The notes: generated from the letters alone by a model not told the origin. 64,000 bases of DNA from a candidate division WOR-3 bacterium (GCA_965648905.1 CBFGIT010000015.1:1-64000); one strand, 5' to 3'; counted from the stretch's first letter, positions 1 through 10,050 are shown. Program-made: numbers and translations.

Positions 1-677
1 ACGACGTCGCGGCCGGGACCTGGAGCTCAGCGCTCAAAGGCATGCCGACGGTGAACAGCCTGGGCAAGAAGAAGAAGTCGAAAGACGGCGGGTCAGCCGC
101 CTTCTATGCCGGCTACATCTTCGCCTTGAAGGGCGGCAACACGCAGGAGTTCTGGAAGTACGCCATCAACGGCGACTCCTGGACCCAGCTTGAAGACATG
201 CCGCTGGCCGGCCGGTCGGGTAAAAACAAGAAGGTGAAGGGTGGCGGCGACATCACCCGTGCCGCGCTGCCTGCGCCTGGCCTTGCCGTACCGGTGGACC
301 TGCCGGCGATGAAGGGCAACGGCGTGAACGACTTCTACTTCTACAACACCGGTGAAGTCACGACGTTTGCCCTGCCGCGAGCCGAGCAGAAGGGCGTGAT
401 GGCGCTGACCGGCGATGGCCGTCGTGCGTCACTCTCGGTTACGCCCAACCCGCTGGCTGCCGGCTTTGCGACCCTTTCGTACACCCTGAGCCAGCCGAGT
501 GCGGCGGTGGTGCGCGTCTACGATGCGACCGGCCGAGCCGTGCTGGTGCGGGGACTGGCGTTGAGTCGCACGGGCAGTGTCGGGCTTGACCTGCGCACGC
601 TTGCGACCGGTGTGTACCTGGTGAAGCTCACAACCGAGAACACCAGCGTCACGCACAAGCTCGTCATCGAGCGCTAG
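1..677 (+). CDS. C-terminal part of a secreted Kelch-like beta-propeller protein with T9SS-type C-terminal sorting domain (5' end outside window)
   Basis: Has SKDGGS..IFALKGGNTQEFWKY..KKVKGGGD repeats, paralogous to the C-terminus of the 13952-20200 protein. Ends PNP...VYDATGR...GVYLVKL...KLVIER. Confidence 0.8.
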   Translation, partial: DVAAGTWSSALKGMPTVNSLGKKKKSKDGGSAAFYAGYIFALKGGNTQEFWKYAINGDSWTQLEDMPLAGRSGKNKKVKGGGDITRAALPAPGLAVPVDLPAMKGNGVNDFYFYNTGEVTTFALPRAEQKGVMALTGDGRRASLSVTPNPLAAGFATLSYTLSQPSAAVVRVYDATGRAVLVRGLALSRTGSVGLDLRTLATGVYLVKLTTENTSVTHKLVIER

Positions 678-698
678 TCCAGCTCTTGCTAGCTCTCT

Positions 699-720
699 GG
701 GGCGGCCTTCGGGCCGCCCC
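699..720 (+). terminator. GC-rich hairpin, probable terminator
   Basis: GGGGCGGCC-TTCG-GGCCGCCCC: perfect 9-bp stem with UUCG loop, 21 nt after the stop codon. No clear U-tract. Confidence 0.6.
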
Positions 721-901
721 AGTCTGCTTTCGAGCCGGTGCTCAGTCTGTGGTTGACTTCGCATCCGGGCTGGATAGACTGTTTGGGTTCTGCCGGTGTC
801 AGGCAGTGGCCGGCAGATGCCGACAGCGCGAGGATGCAGTCCGTTGCCGAGCGACTGCCGGAGGATGACACCGCCAACCAATATTCCAAGGAGGATATCT
901 G

Positions 902-1534
902 ATGGAGAAGCGCGTTTTCGTCGCACTGCTGGTGCTGGGCGCTGTCGTGGCGTGCGGCCATGCCCAGGTCGTCATCCGCGGCATCCTCGAGGCAGGGCCC
1001 CAGCCGTTTGCTGTCGACTCGGTGATGATTGAGAGCCGGGCCGGCAGAGCGTGGTTTCCGTGTCCGGAATGGGCGGCCGATCCAATGGCCCAGGATACCT
1101 TCGTCTTTCCCGGTGTCCCGGAATGGCCGGAGATGATACAGATTGCGGCGTTTGTTGAGGGGCAGCCGATTCAGCAACCGATTCCTCAGCCGCGTCGCGA
1201 CGAGTGGTACCACTTCGACCCGCCGTTTGAGCTGGTGCGGGTGAAGTTCCAGGAGCTGACCGGCATCGAGGTTCGGACTGAGCGCCGTTCGGTCGGTCTG
1301 CTCTCGGTTCAACCGACCATGGTTCGGCAGTCGGCGTTGATTGCTGCGCGCGGCCCCGGTACGGTCGAGATGTTCGATGCTGCGGGCAACGTCGTACTCA
1401 GCCTGGCCGCACCGTTGGAGATGAGCTGGGACGGCAGCGACCAGTCGGGTCGGCCGCTGGCTGCCGGCATCTATTTCTGCCGCCTGACCAGCAGCACCGG
1501 CAGCACGGTCTGCCGCGTGGTGCTGGCCCGGTAG
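902..1534 (+). CDS. secreted hypothetical protein with FlgD-Ig/T9SS-like C-terminal domain
   Basis: GGAGG RBS, signal peptide, C-terminal WDGSDQSGRPLAAGIYFCRL motif. Confidence 0.8.
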   Translation: MEKRVFVALLVLGAVVACGHAQVVIRGILEAGPQPFAVDSVMIESRAGRAWFPCPEWAADPMAQDTFVFPGVPEWPEMIQIAAFVEGQPIQQPIPQPRRDEWYHFDPPFELVRVKFQELTGIEVRTERRSVGLLSVQPTMVRQSALIAARGPGTVEMFDAAGNVVLSLAAPLEMSWDGSDQSGRPLAAGIYFCRLTSSTGSTVCRVVLAR

Positions 1535-1554
1535 CGTTCGAGCCGATAACCGGT

Positions 1555-1578
1555 CGCGGGGCGCTGTTGCGCCCCGCG
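1555..1578. terminator. hairpin between convergent genes
   Basis: CGCGGGGCGC-TGTT-GCGCCCCGCG, perfect 10-bp stem. Confidence 0.6.
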
Positions 1579-1593
1579 TGCCTTTGAGGCGTG

Positions 1594-1884
1594 CTAGGAG
1601 CCCGAACTCTGCTTCTGTCCGGACTCGGTCTTGACGTAGAGCAACCGCAGTTCGGTCAGCAGGTCGTCGAGCAGGCGAGTCTCTTCCTGGGTGCGGTTGC
1701 CTTCGGTCTTGGTCTTGAGCATGGCCAGCATGTCGATTGTCTGCTGGGCCAGCGGCAGGTTCACCTCGGGCTTTCCTGCGCCGGGCACGACCACGTGACC
1801 AAGATAGGCAAGCGTGGCGGTCGCCATGCTCAGCACCAGACTGCCGAACTGAGTATCGTTTGTCAGCGGTGTTTGTTCATCCAT
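1594..1884 (-). CDS. DUF1844 family protein
   Basis: FGSLVLSMATATLAYLG...NLPLAQQTIDMLAMLKTKTEGN..EE..LLDDLLTELRL pattern. The ATG at 1884 lies just inside the 3' end of alr. Confidence 0.8.
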   Translation of the reverse strand: MDEQTPLTNDTQFGSLVLSMATATLAYLGHVVVPGAGKPEVNLPLAQQTIDMLAMLKTKTEGNRTQEETRLLDDLLTELRLLYVKTESGQKQSSGS

Positions 1885-3049
1885 TGTTGTAGTGGTCGAG
1901 CAGAGTGCGGACTTTGACGACGCCGCCCCCGCGGACATAGACCCGGGGAACGCGCGGGCTGACCCGGCAGATGACTTCGTAGGGGATGGTTTCGGCCCAG
2001 GTCGCAAGTTCGTTGGCGGTAATCGTCGCGCCGTTGTCCGAGCCGAGCAGGGTGACGGTATCGCCGACCGCGGCTTCGGGTACGTCGGTCACGTCGAGCA
2101 TGGTCAGGTCCATGCAGACGTTGCCGATGACCGGCACGCGCCGGCCCCGAACCAGGGCCTGGCCCCGGTGCTTGAGCGAATATGGGTAGCCGTCGCCGTA
2201 GCCCGCGGTAATGACCGCAACCCGTGACAGCCGCCGAGTGAAGTAGCTGCGCTCGTAGGAAATCGAGCGGCCGGCCGGCATCTCGCGCAGGTTGACGATG
2301 CGCGAACGCAGACTCATCACCGGCGTGAGCTGGAGTTTTGAAGTACGATGGCCCGACTGGTAGGAGTCGGGGAGAATGCCATAGACCACGAGGCCGGGAC
2401 GAATCAGGTCGTAGCGCGAGCCGGGCAGGTTCAGGAACCCGGCAGAGTTGGCCGCGTGGCGAAGCAGGCCGGACAGTCCGAGACGGTCGAGTCGCACAAG
2501 CAGTTGCTCGTAGGACTTGAGCTGGTAGCGCGAATAGTCAAGGTCAGAGTCGGCCGCGGGAAAGTGGGTGAACACGCCCTTGACCACGAGGCCGGGCAGG
2601 TCAGACACGAGCCGCACGAAAGAAGCCGCAGTGCGGGCATCGACGCCCGTGCGTCCCATGCCGGTGTCAACCTCAACATGGACGTCGATTGTCAGCGAGC
2701 GCCTGGTTGCCTCAGCCGAGACCAGTTGGGCGAATCCCATTTCGGTGACCGACGGCGTCAGCCCATGCTCGAAAAGTCGAGGTATTTCTTCGTAGGTGAT
2801 GGGGGAGAGGACGATTATCGGGCGAGTGATGCCGCCCAGGCGCAGGGTGATGCCTTCGTCAACGCCGGCGACGCCGAAGAAGTCAACGCGGTCCTGGACT
2901 TCGTCGGCAACCTCGCGCAGACCGTGGCCGTAGGCGTCGGCCTTGATTGCCAGCATGACCCGACAACGGCCGGCTTCGGCCCGCACCTGGTCCAGATTGT
3001 GATTCAGAGCGTCGAGGTTGACCTCGGCCCAGATTCTGCCGTGGTCCAT
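1877..3049 (-). CDS. alr: alanine racemase
   Basis: AEVNLDAL, AIKADAYGHG (PLP lysine), VDTGMGRTG, GYGDGY, GNVCMD, TIPYEV. Confidence 0.97.
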   Translation of the reverse strand: MDHGRIWAEVNLDALNHNLDQVRAEAGRCRVMLAIKADAYGHGLREVADEVQDRVDFFGVAGVDEGITLRLGGITRPIIVLSPITYEEIPRLFEHGLTPSVTEMGFAQLVSAEATRRSLTIDVHVEVDTGMGRTGVDARTAASFVRLVSDLPGLVVKGVFTHFPAADSDLDYSRYQLKSYEQLLVRLDRLGLSGLLRHAANSAGFLNLPGSRYDLIRPGLVVYGILPDSYQSGHRTSKLQLTPVMSLRSRIVNLREMPAGRSISYERSYFTRRLSRVAVITAGYGDGYPYSLKHRGQALVRGRRVPVIGNVCMDLTMLDVTDVPEAAVGDTVTLLGSDNGATITANELATWAETIPYEVICRVSPRVPRVYVRGGGVVKVRTLLDHYNNG

Positions 3050-3059
3050 CAGCGGGGTG

Positions 3060-3088
3060 ATAATAGCCCGGCGGACACGTCTTGTCAA
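3060..3088 (-). promoter_or_regulatory. sigma70-type promoter of alr
   Basis: TTGACA-N17-TATTAT on the minus strand, 10 nt upstream of the ATG. Confidence 0.6.
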
Positions 3089-3141
3089 CGGCCGGAAAAA
3101 CCTTCGGTTTGATTTTCGGCCCGGGGCCGTTAGACTGGAGG

Positions 3142-3483
3142 ATGCTGACAGGACACTACACCGATGTCAAAGAAGAGTTGCCGGCTTCGGCCGACATGCA
3201 GGCCACGGTTCGCTGGCTCATTGCCGGGAAAGACGGTGCAGAGCATTTCGCGATGCGGGTCATCGAAATCAAGCAGCGCGGTGCGACGATTCCGCTCCAC
3301 CAACACGCTTACGAGCACGAGATATTTGTCTTCGACGGCAAAGGAGAGCTGCTCGGCCCGGATGGTTCGCGGCCGCTCGAACCGGGCGATTTCGTCTTTG
3401 TTCGGGCCGACGAGCGGCATGGTTTCACCAACACCGGGGACCAGCCCTTCCGGTTCATCTGTGTGATTCCGATTCAGCAGTGA
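3142..3483 (+). CDS. cupin domain protein
   Basis: PLHQHAYEHEIFVFDGKG...PGDFVFV.ADERHGFTN cupin motifs; GGAGG RBS. Confidence 0.9.
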   Translation: MLTGHYTDVKEELPASADMQATVRWLIAGKDGAEHFAMRVIEIKQRGATIPLHQHAYEHEIFVFDGKGELLGPDGSRPLEPGDFVFVRADERHGFTNTGDQPFRFICVIPIQQ

Positions 3484-3490
3484 AGGTCGG

Positions 3491-4207
3491 TTAGACCCGA
3501 CCGAGAATCCGCTGCAGCCGGAGCCGCAGAACAAGGAAGAACGCGCGCCGGACAATCCGCTTGTTCATCTTCGAAACACCGGCTCGACGTTCGGTAAACA
3601 CAATCGGAATCTCCTTGAGCCGGCCGCCTTTGCGCCAGATGAGGAAGTCAATCTCAATCTGGAACCCGTACCCGTCCTCTTTGAGCATGTTGAGGTCGAG
3701 CTTCCTGAGCATCTCGGCCCGGTATGCTTTGAACCCGGCGGTCAGGTCGCGTACCGGACAGCCGGTCACGCGCCGGGCATAGGCACAGGCAAAGTAGGAA
3801 AGCAGGAGTCGCTTCATCGGCCAGTTGACGATTGAGATGCCGTCTGAGTAGCGCGAGCCGATGACAAGGTCATAGTCGGCAAGCGCGGCAATCATCTCCG
3901 GAATCTTGTCGGGCGGGTGAGAGAAGTCCGAGTCCATCTCAAAGCAGTAGTCATAGCCATGTTCGAGGGTGTAGCGGAACCCGAGCACGTAAGCAGTGCC
4001 GAGGCCGAGCTTGCCCGGGCGGCGGATAAGTCGAATCCGCGGATTCGACTGCGCCATCTTCTCAACCAGGTCGCCGGTGTGGTCCGGCGAGTTGTCGTCA
4101 ACTACGAGCACATCCAGTTCGGGCGACTGCGCCAGTACGACCGGAATTATCCGTTCGATGTTCTCGGCTTCATTGTAGGTCGGCATGATGATGAGTCCGC
4201 GCGGCAC
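3491..4207 (-). CDS. polyprenol monophosphomannose synthase (DPM1-like GT2)
   Basis: IIMPTYNEAENI, VDDNSPD, GKLGLGTAY, MDSDFSH, GYGFQIE, FTERRAGVSKM. GTG start at 4207 chosen from promoter position. Confidence 0.92.
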   Translation of the reverse strand: MPRGLIIMPTYNEAENIERIIPVVLAQSPELDVLVVDDNSPDHTGDLVEKMAQSNPRIRLIRRPGKLGLGTAYVLGFRYTLEHGYDYCFEMDSDFSHPPDKIPEMIAALADYDLVIGSRYSDGISIVNWPMKRLLLSYFACAYARRVTGCPVRDLTAGFKAYRAEMLRKLDLNMLKEDGYGFQIEIDFLIWRKGGRLKEIPIVFTERRAGVSKMNKRIVRRAFFLVLRLRLQRILGRV

Positions 4208-4212
4208 GGCCA

Positions 4213-4241
4213 ATGATAAGGAATCGGCCCGCTGCTGTCAA
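4213..4241 (-). promoter_or_regulatory. sigma70-type promoter of the GT2 gene
   Basis: TTGACA-N17-TATCAT, 5 nt before the GTG. Confidence 0.6.
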
Positions 4242-4250
4242 ACCACGCTC

Positions 4251-4490
4251 TGCTGGGCTTCGGTTTCAGCACTGCCTTGAGTTGTGCTCTGAGCTTCGGC
4301 TTCAGGCTCGGTTTGATGCGCGAACCAAGGCTCGCTCGCCGAGCTGCAACTCTGCCTGGCTGAGCGTGTGCTGGTCAGCGTGGAGACTTGAGTGACCAGC
4401 GCTCCGGGACCTCTCCTGCAGGCGCGAATTGAGACTCAACCGAAAGCTGATCTATCGCCGCATCCGGCGGTTGAGGTGGTAGGGGGAGTG
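4251..4490. repeat. degenerate 12-bp-periodic intergenic array (phased YG)
   Basis: CG/TG at 4261+12n for 14 consecutive units (4261-4417); 18 of 20 units up to 4489. Confidence 0.8.
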
Positions 4491-4600
4491 ACTCCGGGAG
4501 TCGTTCCTGATGCCAAGGTCGAAGTCGGACTCAGAATGCGGGTTCGCAGTCCAAGCCCTTGGATGATAAATACTTAAGCCGAAGACAGCGGTGCGGCGGG

Positions 4601-5800
4601 CTAGTGCCTCAGGACCTGCTCGATGCGCTCAAGCGCCCAGTCGAGCTCGTCTTTGCGAATGACGAGCGGCGGGGCAAGACGGATGATTGTGCCGTGGGTC
4701 TCTTTGGCAAGCACGCCGAGCTGCCCCAGCCTCTCGCAGAACGGCCGGGCTGGGCCGGACTCGGGTTTGAGTTCTACGCCAATCAGCAGGCCTTTGCCGC
4801 GAATCTCGGCGACGTGCTTTGAGTTCATCTTCGTGAGCTGACTCTTGAGGTATTCGCCCATCTCAAGTGCATTCTCGGGCAGCTTCTCTTCAACGATGAC
4901 TTCAACCGCGGCCTTGCCCACAGCGCAGGCCAAGGGGTTGCCGCCAAAGGTCGAACCGTGGTTGCCCGGAACAAAAACGCTCATGATGTCCCTTGATGCC
5001 AGCGCACCCGAGACCGGGAAGCAGCCACCGCCCAGAGCCTTGCCGACGATGAGAACGTCCGGCTTGACGTTCTCGTAGTCGGCGCAGAACAGTCGGCCGG
5101 TGCGGCCGAAGCCGGTCTGGATTTCGTCGAGCATCAGCAGGATACCGCGTTCGCTGCAGACGCGACGTACCGCGGCAAGGTAGCCGGGCCGGGGGACCTT
5201 GATGCCGGCCTCGCCCTGAATCGGCTCAACGAGAAACGCCACGGTGTTGGAGGTGACTGCCTGTTCGAGTGCGGCGACGTCGTCGTAGGGGATCATCTTG
5301 AATCCCGGGCCATAAGGTCCGAACCCGTCCCGGTAAAGTTCCTCGGACGAGAACCCGACAATCGTTGTGGTCCGGCCGTGGAAGTTGCCGTTGCAGACGA
5401 CAATCTCGGCCCGGTCCTGCTCGACCCCTTTGTGTCTGTAGCCCCAGCGCCGGGCCGCCTTGATTGCGGTCTCGACCGCCTCGGCCCCGGTGTTCATGAG
5501 CAGGACCTGCTCTGTGCCGCATACTCTGGTCACGGTTTCGCAGAACGGCCCGAAAGTGTCATGATGGAATGCCCGCGAAGTCAGGCAGAGACGCGCCATC
5601 TGGTCGGTCATGGCCTTGAGCACCTTCGGATGGCGATGCCCCTGGTTCAGGGCCGAGTATGATGATAGCATGTCCATGTACCGGCGGCCCTCGACATCCC
5701 AGACCCAGACCCCTTCGCCCCGGCTGAGGACAATCGGCAGGGGTTCGTAGTTATGGGCGCTGTACTTCCGTGCTTGGTTGATGAAGTCGCTGCTGTTCAA
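4601..5800 (-). CDS. rocD: ornithine--oxo-acid transaminase
   Basis: SAHNYEPLP, YSALNQGHRHP, MNTGAEAVETAIKAARRWGY, EPIQGEAG, DEIQTG, GKALGGG, HGSTFGGNPL; TTG start after AAGGAG. Confidence 0.95.
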   Translation of the reverse strand: MNSSDFINQARKYSAHNYEPLPIVLSRGEGVWVWDVEGRRYMDMLSSYSALNQGHRHPKVLKAMTDQMARLCLTSRAFHHDTFGPFCETVTRVCGTEQVLLMNTGAEAVETAIKAARRWGYRHKGVEQDRAEIVVCNGNFHGRTTTIVGFSSEELYRDGFGPYGPGFKMIPYDDVAALEQAVTSNTVAFLVEPIQGEAGIKVPRPGYLAAVRRVCSERGILLMLDEIQTGFGRTGRLFCADYENVKPDVLIVGKALGGGCFPVSGALASRDIMSVFVPGNHGSTFGGNPLACAVGKAAVEVIVEEKLPENALEMGEYLKSQLTKMNSKHVAEIRGKGLLIGVELKPESGPARPFCERLGQLGVLAKETHGTIIRLAPPLVIRKDELDWALERIEQVLRH

Positions 5801-5882
5801 GGATTCTCCTTTGGTGGTTCGCGGGAGCAGATTCTACCCGTCCGGTCAGGGCAGTCAAACCTGCGCAGCCCGCAACCGTTAC

Positions 5883-7376
5883 TTAGTATTCGGCGTTGTC
5901 GATTTGCGCTTTCTGGAGTGCGCCCGAGTAGTCAACGTAGACCGTCTTCGGCTCGGAGAAGATGTCGTAGGCAGTCCAGCCACCTTCGCGGTGGCCGTTG
6001 CCGGTGTCTTTGACGCCGCCGAAAGGCAGGTGGCACTCGGCGCCGATGGTCGGCGCGTTAACGTAGGTGATGCCGGCCTCAATCAGCTCGATGGCCTTCA
6101 TCGCCAGGTTCACGTTGCGCGTGTATATCGAAGAGGAGAGACCGTAGGGCGTGGAGTTGAGCACCTTGACCGCTTCGTCGAAGTCCCTCACTTTGATGAT
6201 GGAAAGCACCGGCCCGAAAATCTCTTCGCGGGCGATGCGTGAATCCGGGCTGACGTCGCCGAACACGGTCGGCCGGTAGAAGAAGCCTTTGGCGTATCGG
6301 CCTCCCCGGAATGGCTCGCCGCCGCAGAGCAGGCGCGCACCCTCGCGCTTGCCGACCTCGACGTATTCATGCACAGTGCGTCGTTGCGCCTCGGATACGC
6401 AGGGGCCCATTTCGACTTTTTCGTCGAGGCCGTTGCCGACGCGGAGCCGCAGGGTGCGTGCCACGAGCATGTCGGTCAGCTTCTTGTACACGCCCTGCTG
6501 CACGATGAGCCGCGAAGTCGCGGTGCAGCGTTGCCCCGTGGTCCCGAAAGCACCCCAGAGCACGCCTTCGAGCGCGAGGTCGAGGTCGGCGTCATCCAGG
6601 ACAATCTGGGCGTTCTTGCCGCCCAGCTCAAGCGAGCACCGTTTCAGGTTCCTGCCTGTGACTTCGGCGATGCGCCGACCCACTTCAGACGAACCGGTGA
6701 ATGACACGCCGCAGACGTCAGGGTGATTGAGCAGGGCTTCACCCACAGCCGCGCCGGCACCGTAGACAACGTTGACCACGCCGTCAGGCACGCCTGCCTC
6801 AGCAAGCGCGGACACAAACTCATGTACCGAGGCCGGGGTCAGGGTTGCCGGTTTGATGACCGCGGTGTTGCCGCAGACCAGAGCAGGGAAGAGTTTCCAC
6901 GACGGTATCGCCATCGGGAAGTTCCAGGGACAAATCATGCCCCACACGCCCATCGGCTGGCGCGTGACATAGGCCATCTTGTTGGGCAGCTCCGACGGCA
7001 CGACCGTGCCCCACAGCCTTCGACTTTCTCCGGCCGCGTACAGGCCGGTGTCGATTGCTTCCTGCACGTCGCCGCGAGTCTCTTTCAGTACTTTGCCCAT
7101 TTCGCGGGTCATGAGCCGGGCGCAGGCTTCCTTGCGCTTGATGAGAATCTCGGTTGCACGACGCATGATTTCGCCGCGCTGCGGTGCGGGCACAGCCCGC
7201 CATTTCGGGTACGCCCTGCGGGCCGCGGCCACAGCCGCGTCCACGTCCTCGGGACCTGAGGCCGGGAAGATGCCGATAAGGTCGTCGGTGTCGGCCGGGT
7301 TACGGTTCTCATAGGTCTTGCCGGTCGAGGCCGCGACGAACCGGCCTTTGATGAAGTTCTGGTAGACTTTTGCCAA
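5883..7376 (-). CDS. NAD(P)-dependent aldehyde dehydrogenase
   Basis: [16 protein letters not shown], catalytic GQRCTA, EEIFGP, PFGG; TTG start at 7376 after AGGAG. Confidence 0.93.
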   Translation of the reverse strand: MAKVYQNFIKGRFVAASTGKTYENRNPADTDDLIGIFPASGPEDVDAAVAAARRAYPKWRAVPAPQRGEIMRRATEILIKRKEACARLMTREMGKVLKETRGDVQEAIDTGLYAAGESRRLWGTVVPSELPNKMAYVTRQPMGVWGMICPWNFPMAIPSWKLFPALVCGNTAVIKPATLTPASVHEFVSALAEAGVPDGVVNVVYGAGAAVGEALLNHPDVCGVSFTGSSEVGRRIAEVTGRNLKRCSLELGGKNAQIVLDDADLDLALEGVLWGAFGTTGQRCTATSRLIVQQGVYKKLTDMLVARTLRLRVGNGLDEKVEMGPCVSEAQRRTVHEYVEVGKREGARLLCGGEPFRGGRYAKGFFYRPTVFGDVSPDSRIAREEIFGPVLSIIKVRDFDEAVKVLNSTPYGLSSSIYTRNVNLAMKAIELIEAGITYVNAPTIGAECHLPFGGVKDTGNGHREGGWTAYDIFSEPKTVYVDYSGALQKAQIDNAEY

Positions 7377-7490
7377 AATTGTCTCCTGTTCTGGTGCTAA
7401 TCCTATTGGCGATGAGCCGCAGGTCAACCTTGACCGTGGGCCGTTTCGTCTTGACAGAACCGGACGCACGACTAGCATTGGACACAATCA

Positions 7491-9875
7491 ATGATCGATA
7501 CGACCGTAACCGACAACCATCTGACAACGCTCCGTCGACAACTGGCCGCGGCGCGTGACCCGGCTGAGCGTCTGCCGCTGCTGCTCAGGCTCGGCGAGGC
7601 GCTGACGCTCAAGTACCCGGCTGAAGCCGAAGCTCTGCTGGTCGAGGCTTACGAGGCCGCGCTGGTCTGCAACGCTGAGAACGAAATCGGCCGGGCCTGC
7701 TGGTTTCTGTGTGAGTTGAAGCGCGGGGTCGGCGACATCGAGAATGCCCGATATTGGGTCGGACGGCTGGCCGACGTCGCACAGAAAATGAAGAGTGAGT
7801 TCCTGGAAGGGTACCACCACTACGCGCTGGGTGCAACCTGTTGGTCGGCCGGCGACTACGAGACCGCACAACTGAGCTACGAGCGTTGTCTGGAGACCTG
7901 GAAGAAGTGCGGGTATCGACTGGGCGAGATATCGGCCCTCAACGGTCTTGCCACGATTGCCGGTCAGCAGGGACGGCCGGCTGAGCAGCTTGAACTGCTG
8001 CAGGCGTGCGTGCTGATCGCCGAGGAAGTCAATGCCGAGCAGTGGCGACCGTGGCTTGCCTATCTTCTGGCCTGGCCTCTGCTCGAACTCGGTCGCTGGG
8101 AAGAGGCGTTCCAGACATTCTATCGCGCGCTCGCCATGAGCGAGCAGCGCGGCACGACCAGACTGATGAGCGAAGCATTCCTCGGACTTGGAGAGATTTT
8201 TCTGCACCGCAACATGCCGGGTCGGGCCCGGGCCATGTTCCGGCGGGCGATTGAGGCCGGGCAGAAACGCGAGACCTGGCCTGAGATGTACCGCAAAGCG
8301 CTTGTTGAGACTGGTCTCACGTTCCTGGCGCAGGGCAACCTGGCCGCGGCCTGGCAAGTGCTCGAGGAGGCCGAAGCCGCCTGTCGCCGGGTTGGGGTGA
8401 AGACCGAACTCGTCGCGGTACTGACCAGTCAGGCGGAAGTTGCGCTCGGTCGGGGTCTGGTTCGCCGTGCCGTTGAGCTGACACTCGAGGCCGAGACTTT
8501 CGCTCGTGAGGTCGCACTTCCGCTCGACATCGGCGAGGCGCTGCGCGTCAAGGCATTGGTGCTGGCTGCGAGCAATCGGCCGGATGAGGCGATTGCGGCG
8601 TTCGACGAAGCCCTGTCCTGGTTGCGTGATGCTCAAGAGAGCTACCGGCTTGCCCGAGTCGAGTTCGAGTTCGGACGGTTCCTGGCTGCCCGGCACGACG
8701 ATGCCGCTGCAGTTGAACACCTTCAGGCCGCGGTGCGCCTGCTGCGTGGTCTGGTCATGGTCGCAAATGCGGTTGAGAGCATCCGTCTGCTGATGGATAT
8801 TGAGCTTGTTCGCGGCTCGGGTGCGGCTCTTTTCAATGCCGTGTCGTCGCTGTCCACTCTGCGGTTACCGCCCGCTTTGCTGGTCAGCCACGCCTTATCG
8901 TTCATCTGCCGGGCAACCGGAGCCGACGCCGGCACAGTGTGGGCAGGCGAGAGGATAGCAGCGAGGTGGGAACGAGTTGGCCGCAGCACCGGTGCTCCGA
9001 CTCAGACCACGACCTACCCGGTATTCTTCGGCAGCACGCAGACCGGAACGGTCTGTCTTGAGCGCAGCCACCAACATGCTGAGGCTGCCGGCGTTGCGGT
9101 CGCCGGTGTGACCAGCATCATCGCCCTGCCGCTCCATCGACTCGCGACGTCGGCTCCGCCAAAGTCGCCGCATGGACTGCACATGTCCGGCGTTGCCGGC
9201 CCGGCTCCCGCCTATCAGGCACTTCTCGCGGCGGCTGCCCGGTTGGCGCGCACCGACACACCGTTACTGATTACCGGCGAGCGAGCGACTGGTCGGCGGT
9301 TCATCGCACGGGTAGTGCATGACTCGAGTGAACGTGCCGGCCGACCATTCGTTGTGGTCTGCTGCGGTGGCGTGCCTGATGACCTGTTGGCCGATGAGTT
9401 GTTCGGCCACGAGGCCGACCCCGGTGCTGGTATCGACGCCCGACCCGGCCGGCTGTCGAGTGCGGAACGCGGTACACTCGTGTTGTACGAACTGGGTGCG
9501 GGCTCCGGGCTTCGGTCGCGGCTTACTGAAGTTGTGCGGACCGGTGTTCCGGACATAAGGCTCGTTGTGATACCGCAGAACCCGGCCTGTGGCAGCGAAC
9601 TCTCTGACCTTTGTTGCTGGGCCACTCTCGCAGTGCCGTCCCTGCGCGAACGGCGCGAGGATATCCCGGGACTGGCGCAGTACTTCCTTGAAGCAGTGGC
9701 GAACGAGTTCATCCGCAATGTTGCCGGTCTGTCTCCTGATGCGATCGCACGCCTTGAGTCCTACGACTGGCCGGGCAACGTCCGGGAACTTCAACAGGCG
9801 ATTGAGCGGGCGGTGATGTTGGCTGAAGACCGCATCGCCGATGTCGCTCATCTTCCGCCTGAACTCCGCGGCTGA
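7491..9875 (+). CDS. TPR-repeat protein fused to a degenerate sigma-54 interaction (bEBP AAA+) domain
   Basis: About 450 aa of TPR-like helices, then LLITGERATGR, PFVVVCC, ELFGHE, PSLRERREDI, YDWPGNVREL. Upstream TTGACA-N16-TAGCAT. Confidence 0.85.
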   Translation: MIDTTVTDNHLTTLRRQLAAARDPAERLPLLLRLGEALTLKYPAEAEALLVEAYEAALVCNAENEIGRACWFLCELKRGVGDIENARYWVGRLADVAQKMKSEFLEGYHHYALGATCWSAGDYETAQLSYERCLETWKKCGYRLGEISALNGLATIAGQQGRPAEQLELLQACVLIAEEVNAEQWRPWLAYLLAWPLLELGRWEEAFQTFYRALAMSEQRGTTRLMSEAFLGLGEIFLHRNMPGRARAMFRRAIEAGQKRETWPEMYRKALVETGLTFLAQGNLAAAWQVLEEAEAACRRVGVKTELVAVLTSQAEVALGRGLVRRAVELTLEAETFAREVALPLDIGEALRVKALVLAASNRPDEAIAAFDEALSWLRDAQESYRLARVEFEFGRFLAARHDDAAAVEHLQAAVRLLRGLVMVANAVESIRLLMDIELVRGSGAALFNAVSSLSTLRLPPALLVSHALSFICRATGADAGTVWAGERIAARWERVGRSTGAPTQTTTYPVFFGSTQTGTVCLERSHQHAEAAGVAVAGVTSIIALPLHRLATSAPPKSPHGLHMSGVAGPAPAYQALLAAAARLARTDTPLLITGERATGRRFIARVVHDSSERAGRPFVVVCCGGVPDDLLADELFGHEADPGAGIDARPGRLSSAERGTLVLYELGAGSGLRSRLTEVVRTGVPDIRLVVIPQNPACGSELSDLCCWATLAVPSLRERREDIPGLAQYFLEAVANEFIRNVAGLSPDAIARLESYDWPGNVRELQQAIERAVMLAEDRIADVAHLPPELRG

Positions 9876-10050
9876 ACTGCGCTGTCCGGCCTTATGACCT
9901 GAATGAGACTGATCGGTCAGCCGCTATTGCTAGCTGAGCCTGGGCGTGTAGAATTTCTACTGACCACTACGCGGGACAGGGTTCTCCCGAAGTCGGCTGA
10001 GCCCTGTCGCTGAGCGACCCGGTCACTGCGATAGATGAGAGCCTGATAGC

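Noticed and set aside
7488..8720. 410-aa antisense ORF and other long shadow ORFs (e.g. 17369-18379, 34319-35305)
   Set aside because: They overlap well-supported genes on the opposite strand, have no motifs, and are expected in GC-rich DNA.
9876..10050. Intergenic tract that superficially resembles the 12-bp arrays
   Set aside because: Manual 12-mer phasing gave no consistent column; a computed test is needed.
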